From a virus, in IMG/VR virus record IMGVR_UViG_3300049324_000053: a stretch of 64,000 nucleotides of DNA; one strand, given 5' to 3'. Position numbers and translations under genes: made by a program. The notes beneath the pieces are model-generated. The model ran no database searches. It saw only the letters and a list, made by a program, of their open reading frames with translations, and had not been told where the DNA came from. This document shows positions 57,318-64,000 of this stretch, in pieces; within the stretch, counting starts at the first letter, position 1; every line of letters begins with the position of its first letter.

Positions 57318-58223
57318 GTGATCATTCGCCAGAGCCTGCTTGCATCGTGGGCGCGCTGCCCCGCCGCAGCCGGCTTCGAGCGCGGCGGATTCCCCCGGCG
57401 GATCACCAGCGCCCTGGCCTACGGCACCGTCATGCATCACGCCCTGCTGGTGTTCGAACGGCTGCTGGCCGAAGGCCGTCCCGCCGCCGACGCCCTCGTC
57501 GAGGCGACCGAGGCGTTCACTTTCTACTGGTCACCGGCGAACATCCACGCGATCGGCGAACCGGTCTCCCCCGACGGCTGGCTACCACGCCAGTCGTACG
57601 CCGACCTGCGCCTGCGCGGCATCGAGACCCTGACCAAGTACGCCGCCGGCATGCACGGCCGTCCCCGCACCCTGCTGGCCTGCGAGTACCGGTTCCAGGT
57701 GCCCGTCGACGGCACCTGGGACGACGTGGCCGGCGAACCGCACATCCTGTTCGGCACCCTGGACCGGCTACAGCTCGAACGCCATCACGGCCGGCCCGTG
57801 CTCGCGATCGCCGACTACAAGACCGGCGCCCAACCCGCCTACCTGCGCCAGCATCTGCAGTTCACCGCCTACGCCTACGCCAGTACCCGGCGCGAGTTCT
57901 GGACCGGGTGGCGTGGCGAAGAAGGGTTCGGTCCCGACCATGGCGCCGACATGTACGAGCGGTTCGCGCCGTTCGCGCGCCGCGGCACCTGGATCAACCT
58001 GAGCAAGTTCACGGAAGCCGACGCCGGCTGGCGCGGTGAGGCGGACTACGCCCGGCTGCGCATCGCCATCAGCCAGGTCGCCGCCTCCATCGCCGCGGAC
58101 ATTTTCCCCCTCAACCTTGTCGGCGAGGTCTGCACGCACTGCTCGTACACGGCCGTCTGCGGTGGCACCGGCCTGCCCGACGACGACGCCGGACGGCCGC
58201 TCGCCGGCCGCATCACCACGTGA
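57318..58223 (+). CDS. PD-(D/E)XK (RecB/Cas4-like) exonuclease
   Basis: RQS...RCP, YGTVMHHAL, GTLDRL...IADYKTG, QFTAYAYA, CTHCSYTAVC. Confidence 0.9.
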   Translation: MIIRQSLLASWARCPAAAGFERGGFPRRITSALAYGTVMHHALLVFERLLAEGRPAADALVEATEAFTFYWSPANIHAIGEPVSPDGWLPRQSYADLRLRGIETLTKYAAGMHGRPRTLLACEYRFQVPVDGTWDDVAGEPHILFGTLDRLQLERHHGRPVLAIADYKTGAQPAYLRQHLQFTAYAYASTRREFWTGWRGEEGFGPDHGADMYERFAPFARRGTWINLSKFTEADAGWRGEADYARLRIAISQVAASIAADIFPLNLVGEVCTHCSYTAVCGGTGLPDDDAGRPLAGRITT

Positions 58224-58233
58224 GGACATCGGC

Positions 58234-59877
58234 ATGCCGCTGAAAGTGTTCACCACCGGCCTCGACCAGTACGCCGCCGGTGGTGACGGACGCATCAAAC
58301 TGCTGGTCATCGGCGGCCCGAACGCCGGCAAAACTCGGCTCGCGTCCTACTTCCCGAAGCCGATCTTCGCCGACGCCGACAAGGGGCTGGCGAGCATCCG
58401 CGACCGGCGTTCGCGTGGTGTACTCATCGGCGGGTCCGCCGACATGTTCGATTTGCTCGCCGAACTGGACCGTGAATGCAAACGGCCCTGGGATCAGCGC
58501 GCCTACCAGACGCTCGTGATCGACACGTTCGACGTTCTGTCGCGCAAGGTCGCCGACGAGTGGGTGCGTGCGGACCGGGCGCGGTCGGTGTTCTCCGGCT
58601 GGGAGGCGTACGACTATCTCGCCGCCAAACTTGGCACGATCATGACCCGGACGTTGAACCTCGACATGCATGTCGTCGTCAACTGCCATTTCACGGACAA
58701 AACGGTCAAGGGCCCCGACGAGACCGGCAAGATCATCGAGCGGACCGAGTACGGCCTGCAGGTCCGCGGCAGCATGCGCGACCAGCTGTTCAACGACTTC
58801 GACCTCATCGGCTGGCTCGGCCTCGCGTGGGAGAACGAGGACGGCCGGCAGGTGTTGCGCCGCGAACTGAGCTTCACCCCCGCACCCGACAAGCCGTTCC
58901 TCAAAGACCGCCTGCACGTGATGCCGCCCGCCATCCCCATCACCCTCGGCCAGCAGGACTTCGCCACCCTGTTCGGCTACATCGCCGGCGGCCTGGACAA
59001 CCTGCCCGAAGCCGAGCAGGTCGGTGAGATCCCCACCGGCAGCACCCTCGACGACACCGCAGCGCCCGCACCGGTCACCGCCGGCGCCTTGCCCGGCGCC
59101 GCGACTGCCGCACCACCCCGGCCGTCGCTGGTCGGCCTCGACCGTCCCACGCTGATGAACCTCGCCCGCGAATACGGCGGCAACCCTCGCGCGACCGCCA
59201 CGAAAAGCGAGCTGCTGGACATCATCAACCGTGCGACGGAGGCCCGAACGCGTGCTACCACCTCACCGGCCTCCACGCCTTCACCGGAGCCCACGCCCGC
59301 CCCGAACGGACAGCACTCCGAACGCGCGCCAGCCCCGCCAACCGCGCCGCCAGCCGCACCGCCGGTCCCCACACCCGCTGCGCCGCAACCCACCCCGGCC
59401 GCCGCCACCGGTGCCATCGCCCCCGCACCGGCGCCGGCCACCCTCGAACCGGTTGCCGCGGACCCGGCGCCGCCGGTCAGCCGCGAAAAAGCCGTCAACG
59501 CCGTCCTCGAACAGCTCGGCGCTTCCATCCTGTCCGAGACACCGGAACTGAACACCGCCGCGCCGGTGGTCCTGCCCACCACGCCGGCCGGTCCGCCGGC
59601 AGCGAAAACACCGGCCGTCGTGCCACCCGCGCCGGCCGTCGTTCCTGTTGTCACCCTCGCCCCTGTTTCAGCAGCTGCCGCCCCCCAGGTGGGCGCGGTG
59701 CGTACGGCGACCGGCGCGCCCAGCGCTACCGACATCCTCGCCGGCCACTGCGACTCCTGCGCCAAGGCGCTCGCCGCTGAAGAGGTCGACCTTGTGCGCA
59801 TCGGACGGGTCAAGTTTCGCCGGTTGCTGTGCAACAGCTGCTTCAAGACCCTAGTTGAGGAGAACAGCCGCAGATGA
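58234..59877 (+). CDS. AAA ATPase (Sak4-like recombination protein) with Pro/Ala linker and C-terminal Zn finger
   Basis: GGPNAGKT Walker A, LVIDT Walker B, KDR motif; CDSC...CNSC. Confidence 0.85.
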   Translation: MPLKVFTTGLDQYAAGGDGRIKLLVIGGPNAGKTRLASYFPKPIFADADKGLASIRDRRSRGVLIGGSADMFDLLAELDRECKRPWDQRAYQTLVIDTFDVLSRKVADEWVRADRARSVFSGWEAYDYLAAKLGTIMTRTLNLDMHVVVNCHFTDKTVKGPDETGKIIERTEYGLQVRGSMRDQLFNDFDLIGWLGLAWENEDGRQVLRRELSFTPAPDKPFLKDRLHVMPPAIPITLGQQDFATLFGYIAGGLDNLPEAEQVGEIPTGSTLDDTAAPAPVTAGALPGAATAAPPRPSLVGLDRPTLMNLAREYGGNPRATATKSELLDIINRATEARTRATTSPASTPSPEPTPAPNGQHSERAPAPPTAPPAAPPVPTPAAPQPTPAAATGAIAPAPAPATLEPVAADPAPPVSREKAVNAVLEQLGASILSETPELNTAAPVVLPTTPAGPPAAKTPAVVPPAPAVVPVVTLAPVSAAAAPQVGAVRTATGAPSATDILAGHCDSCAKALAAEEVDLVRIGRVKFRRLLCNSCFKTLVEENSRR

Positions 59878-60320
59878 AAATCAGCAACGACGACAGCGAA
59901 CTGCTGCCCGCTGACACGATCTTCAAAGGTGCTGTCGAAGCGATCGCTCCCGACACGTACATGTTCACCGACACGACCACCGGCAAAGACGTCGAACGTA
60001 TCAGCCTCAAATGGCGCATCAAGATCCTCGAAGGCGACTACAAGGAACGTGTCGCGTTCGGTTCCACCTGGGCGCGCATCGGCGGCAAGAACAACCCGCT
60101 GCGCGACTGGATCGAAGCACTGCTCGGCCGGGAACTGGCCCCCGGCGAGGAGTTCGACACCGACGACTTCCTCGGCATGGTGTGCGAGTTCACCGTCCGG
60201 CACGGCACCAACAACAAGACTGGGCGGCCGTTCGCCACCATCGACACCGTTTTCCCTGCCGTGTCCGCGCTCACCGGCGCATCCGGTGGCTACGTTCCCA
60301 CCGACGACGTCCCGTTCTAG
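59874..60320 (+). CDS. Single-stranded DNA-binding protein
   Basis: OB-fold-like size, acidic DDVPF C-terminus, located between recombinase and primase. Confidence 0.75.
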   Translation: MKISNDDSELLPADTIFKGAVEAIAPDTYMFTDTTTGKDVERISLKWRIKILEGDYKERVAFGSTWARIGGKNNPLRDWIEALLGRELAPGEEFDTDDFLGMVCEFTVRHGTNNKTGRPFATIDTVFPAVSALTGASGGYVPTDDVPF

Positions 60321-63311
60321 GTGGACACATTCGACCCGGTGGCGTACCTCGCGGGCAAGGGCTGGCACGGACGCGCCACCGGCGGTCACGAGGTCGTCTA
60401 CCCGTGCTTTTTCGACTGCGGCGAAGATCAGAGCAGCCGCAAACGCAAGTTGTACCTGAACTCCACCACCGGCATGTACGACTGCAAGGTCTGCGGCACA
60501 CACGGTGGGCCGTACCTGCTGGCCAAGCATTTCGGTGACATTCTCACCGACAACCAGCTGCACACCGACCAGCAGCTCGCCGGCGATCCGTTCGCCCGTC
60601 GCCGGCTGCTGGACGCTGCGACCACGGCCGCTGCGGACATGCTGCCCGCCAACCCGGCCATCCTCGATTACCTCACCGGCACCACCATGACCCCCTACGG
60701 ACTCGGCCGCGGTCTCACCCCGGAAACGGTCGTTGAACGCCGGTTGGGGTTCGCCGGTGGCAAACACTGGTCGCTCACCGCCGCCTTGGACCTGACCGGT
60801 GTCGACGCCGCCACCTTGACCAGCACCGGTCTGGCTCGTTCCGACGGGCGCGACACCTTCAGCACTCACATCACCATCCCGTACCTGGCCCGCGGGCACA
60901 CCGAACAGATCCGCGGCCGCAACATCGGTGCGACCGGCAGCAAATACCTCTCGGCCGCCGGCGCCGGCGTTGCGCTCTACAACCGGGACAGTCTCGACGA
61001 CGCCGACGAGGTGCTCATCACCGAAGGCGAGTTCGACGCGATGATCGCCCGGCAGTCGTTCGCTGCCAGCGGCGACGAGAAACTCGCCGCCTTGGCCGTC
61101 GTCGCCCTGCCCGGCACCAGCAGCTGGCCGACCGACCTGCCCGGCTACCTGACCGGGGTGCGGCGCATCTGGCTCGGCCTGGACGCCGACGAACCCGGCC
61201 GCAAAGCCACCGCCAAGCTCGCCGACACGCTCGGCCGCCGCGCCCGCCCCCTCGCGCTGCCCGAAATGCATCAGGACTGGACCGACTGGATCGCCCGCGG
61301 CGGCGCCACCTGTGAACAGATCGCCGGCCTGTTCGCTGCCGCCAGCGGCCGTCGCGTTTTCAGCATGGCCGATGCTGGACGTAGCTGGCGCGCGCAGCGC
61401 ACCCTGTCCGGCGGGTTGAAGACCGGGTACACCGGATTGGACTCCACCATTCTTCCTGGCCTGCTTCCCGGACAAGTTGCCGTGCTCTACTCGAAGACGG
61501 GTACAGGCAAACAGAACGATGTTGATGAGGTCGTCCCGACCCCAACCGGATGGCGCCGGTTCGGCGACTTGCAGCCCGGCGACCAGGTGTTCGGGCAAAA
61601 CGGTAGCCCCACCACCGTCACCGGCGTCTGGCCCCAGATCGACCGGCGCGCCTGGCGGGTCACCTTCTCCGATCGAACAAGCCTCGTCGCCGGCCCCGAC
61701 CACCTGTGGCAGGTCTCCTATCGTGGTGGACGGCGCCGGGAGTGGATCCCCTGCGTCATGTCCACCACCGAGATCCTTGCCGCCGGCCTGCACTACAGGC
61801 GCGAGTATCGCTGGATCATCCCGATGCCCGGCCCAGTCCAGTTCCCGAAGCAGCAACTACTTATCGCGCCCTACACGTTCGGCGCGCTGCTCGCGAACGG
61901 CTACCTGACCGGCACGGGCGCCGTGCTCACCACCCCTGATCCGCACGTCGTCGCCCGCTGCCGTAGCGAGCACATCCTGCACAAGCACAAGACGCCCGAC
62001 GGTGCTTGCCGCCGGTACGGGGTGCTCGGCGTCCTGCCCGACCTGCGGCGTCTCGGCCTCACCGTCGGCAGCTACGACAAGTTCATCCCCGAGATGTACC
62101 TGACTGCCAGTGTTGAGCAGCGTATCGCCCTGCTGCAGGGGCTGATGGACGGCGACGGCAGTACTCGCGGCGCCGGACGTGCCTCGGTGCGGTATCACAC
62201 CATGTCGCGGCGGCTGGCCGCCGATGTGCAGCGTCTGGTCTGGTCGCTCGGTGGCACGGCGATGGACAACTGGATGGACCGTGGCCCCAAGGGTGTCGAG
62301 GGAATGTTGTCGATCATGATGCCGTCCGAGATCGAGCCTTTCTACACCCCCCGCAAGGTGCGTGGTTGTCCGCCCAAGTACAGCGAGCCGCGCCGTGCCA
62401 TCGTCAGCATCGAACCGGTCGAAGACCGTGACATGCAATGCATCAGCGTCGACGCTCCCGATGCGCTTTATCAGATCGGCGCCGCGCATATCGTCACCCA
62501 CAACACGATCTTGCTCTGTAATATGTCCTACAATATGCGCCGGCATAATATTCTGTTCATCTCACTGGAGATGACCCGTGAGGAAATCTACGAACGACTG
62601 CGCCGCATCTATCTGTTCTGGAATCCCAACGCCACCGATGCAGAAGTCGATGCGGGTCTCGAACACATTTACATCTGCGACGAGAACCGCCTCGATGAGA
62701 ATGCCTGGGCCGACGTCCTCGAAGAATATCAGACCGAGACCGGAACCACTCCTGACCTTGTCATGGTCGATTATCTCGGTTATTACGCTCGCGGTCACGC
62801 CGGCGCCAACCGGTACGAGCAAGTCTCCAACGCCATCATGAGCCTCAAAGCCGCCGCCAAAGGCAACGGCAACCCCGACAGCCGGTTCGCACTCATCACC
62901 CCCAGCCAGGTCAATCGTGGCGCCCGCGCCGGCGCTCCCGTCGAACTCGACGACGCCCGCGACTCCGGCGGTGTGGAGGAAACCGCCGACTTCGTGCTGA
63001 GCCTCTACCGTCCCGAGGACGCCCTGACCGCGTCCGATCCTACCGCCGGACGTACCGGCGGCCGCCCCGCACCGCCCGTTGCAGCCGTCGCCACCGGCGC
63101 CCTACGTCTCGGTGTTCTCAAAAGCCGGCACGGTGGCGTCGGACGTGAATTCGGTTTGCAGATGGATCTGCTCACCTTGGCCATCGTCGAGATGAACACC
63201 GCCGCCGCACATCGTGCCGCCGATCATAACAACTTGCACCGCCGTGGCCACGACTGGAATTACCTGCGGATGACCGAAACCCAACCCCGCCAACTGCGGA
63301 TCGTCACCTAA
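60321..63311 (+). CDS. Primase-helicase (Zn finger + TOPRIM + DnaB-like) containing an intein
   Basis: CFFDC...CKVC; ITEGEFDA; LDADEPG; KTGTGK|T; FISLEM; MVDYLG; DSGGVEETAD; LKSRHG. Confidence 0.92.
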   Translation: MDTFDPVAYLAGKGWHGRATGGHEVVYPCFFDCGEDQSSRKRKLYLNSTTGMYDCKVCGTHGGPYLLAKHFGDILTDNQLHTDQQLAGDPFARRRLLDAATTAAADMLPANPAILDYLTGTTMTPYGLGRGLTPETVVERRLGFAGGKHWSLTAALDLTGVDAATLTSTGLARSDGRDTFSTHITIPYLARGHTEQIRGRNIGATGSKYLSAAGAGVALYNRDSLDDADEVLITEGEFDAMIARQSFAASGDEKLAALAVVALPGTSSWPTDLPGYLTGVRRIWLGLDADEPGRKATAKLADTLGRRARPLALPEMHQDWTDWIARGGATCEQIAGLFAAASGRRVFSMADAGRSWRAQRTLSGGLKTGYTGLDSTILPGLLPGQVAVLYSKTGTGKQNDVDEVVPTPTGWRRFGDLQPGDQVFGQNGSPTTVTGVWPQIDRRAWRVTFSDRTSLVAGPDHLWQVSYRGGRRREWIPCVMSTTEILAAGLHYRREYRWIIPMPGPVQFPKQQLLIAPYTFGALLANGYLTGTGAVLTTPDPHVVARCRSEHILHKHKTPDGACRRYGVLGVLPDLRRLGLTVGSYDKFIPEMYLTASVEQRIALLQGLMDGDGSTRGAGRASVRYHTMSRRLAADVQRLVWSLGGTAMDNWMDRGPKGVEGMLSIMMPSEIEPFYTPRKVRGCPPKYSEPRRAIVSIEPVEDRDMQCISVDAPDALYQIGAAHIVTHNTILLCNMSYNMRRHNILFISLEMTREEIYERLRRIYLFWNPNATDAEVDAGLEHIYICDENRLDENAWADVLEEYQTETGTTPDLVMVDYLGYYARGHAGANRYEQVSNAIMSLKAAAKGNGNPDSRFALITPSQVNRGARAGAPVELDDARDSGGVEETADFVLSLYRPEDALTASDPTAGRTGGRPAPPVAAVATGALRLGVLKSRHGGVGREFGLQMDLLTLAIVEMNTAAAHRAADHNNLHRRGHDWNYLRMTETQPRQLRIVT
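61512..62504 (+). mobile_element. Class 3 intein with LAGLIDADG homing endonuclease (331 aa) in the helicase P-loop
   Basis: Begins QNDVDEVVPTPTGW; block B DHLW, block F MQCISV, block G VTHN|T; LLQGLMDGDGS. Confidence 0.9.
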
Positions 63312-63327
63312 CACACCAGGAGTTGTC

Positions 63328-63498
63328 ATGCCACAAGATAGTCATCGCCCTCCGGAAGGTAAGTACGCCGCGCCACTACTGCTGACCTGCATCCTCACCG
63401 GCCCCGACGCCTATTACGTCGCCGGCGCCCTGAACGAACGTGGCGTCAGCGCCGAAGAATTCACCCGCGAAGCCATCCTCGAATACGCGGCAAGGTAA
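63328..63498 (+). CDS. Small RHH-like hypothetical protein (56 aa)
   Basis: SD AGGAG; ERGVSAEEFTREAILEY. Confidence 0.6.
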   Translation: MPQDSHRPPEGKYAAPLLLTCILTGPDAYYVAGALNERGVSAEEFTREAILEYAAR

Positions 63499-63500
63499 CC

Positions 63501-63911
63501 ATGACACCTGCACAGTTCGTCAAGCACGCCGAAAACACTCTCGGCACCGACATCAGCACCCCGCTGTGGAAATGCCGCGCCCGGGAAACCGCCAAACTCA
63601 CCCGCTGGCTCGACACCCATCCCGGCACCACCATGCACGACCTGCTGCTGGCAGTCGAATACTGCCGCACCATGCACGTGACGGTCCGCACCCCCCTCGG
63701 CGTCACCTACTACATCCCCGACGCCACCGCCCGCACCCACCGGCCCGCGCCCACCGACGCCCGCGAACAAGCCCGTCAGGATGCGCTCACCGTCCTCGCG
63801 GCCCGCACCGACGCCGACGCCGCCGCATGGATGACCCGTCTGCAGCGTGCCGACGGCGACGGTCTCGACGACGTTCTCGCCGAGTACCACAGCGCCCGCC
63901 CGGCCGCATGA
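63501..63911 (+). CDS. Hypothetical protein
   Basis: 136-aa ORF continuing the replication operon. Confidence 0.7.
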   Translation: MTPAQFVKHAENTLGTDISTPLWKCRARETAKLTRWLDTHPGTTMHDLLLAVEYCRTMHVTVRTPLGVTYYIPDATARTHRPAPTDAREQARQDALTVLAARTDADAAAWMTRLQRADGDGLDDVLAEYHSARPAA

Positions 63912-64000
63912 TGCGCACCCTGCGGTTACGCACCACCGTGCTGAGCTACGCGATCGTGCTGCGCCTGCTGCCGACCGGCACCAACAGTCGCGTCACCTGC

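Larger units (their letters stand above)
1..64000 (+). mobile_element. Large actinobacterial phage/prophage segment (head, tail, lysis and replication modules); ends not in window
   Basis: Ordered portal-protease-scaffold-capsid-connector-tail-TMP-lysin-primase/helicase genes; no host housekeeping genes. Confidence 0.95.

Noticed and set aside
57318-58223. Cas4-like nuclease as evidence of a CRISPR system
   Set aside because: No repeat-spacer array or other cas genes; it sits in a typical phage nuclease-ATPase-SSB recombination module
8932-61856. Many long antisense or alternate-frame ORFs (e.g. 8932-11190, 31033-33186, 58977-61856 on -)
   Set aside because: They are shadows of real + strand genes in high-GC DNA, with Arg/Gly/Pro-rich composition and no motifs
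1-64000. tRNA, rRNA, integrase/att sites, terminase
   Set aside because: None recognised by eye; a tRNAscan/Infernal run would be needed to exclude small RNAs

Overview
High-GC DNA of a large actinobacterial tailed phage or prophage. No tail sheath gene is visible, so it is probably a siphovirus. Terminase and integrase are not in this window. The + strand carries, in order: a head module (portal, prohead protease fused to a 2H phosphoesterase, scaffold, decoration protein, major capsid); two parallel fibre-like cassettes, each with a small subunit gene and a long protein of ~20-aa repeats; head-tail joining genes; major tail protein; a tail assembly chaperone with a -1 frameshift; a 2731-aa tape measure; tail-tip proteins; lysis genes; and a replication module (PD-(D/E)XK nuclease, AAA ATPase, SSB, primase-helicase with a class 3 intein). 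Short, mostly leaderless accessory genes are interspersed. They include three intact-looking toxin-antitoxin pairs and at least eight orphan antitoxin-like genes, several reduced to the toxin-binding segment and one that looks like a concatemer of segments from different families. This is my best candidate for an undescribed system, a putative phage antitoxin-mimic arsenal. A conserved GAT-N14-GCCGA(T/C) motif precedes most structural and lysis blocks and is probably the late promoter. All family assignments come from motif recognition by eye and gene order, with no database searches.
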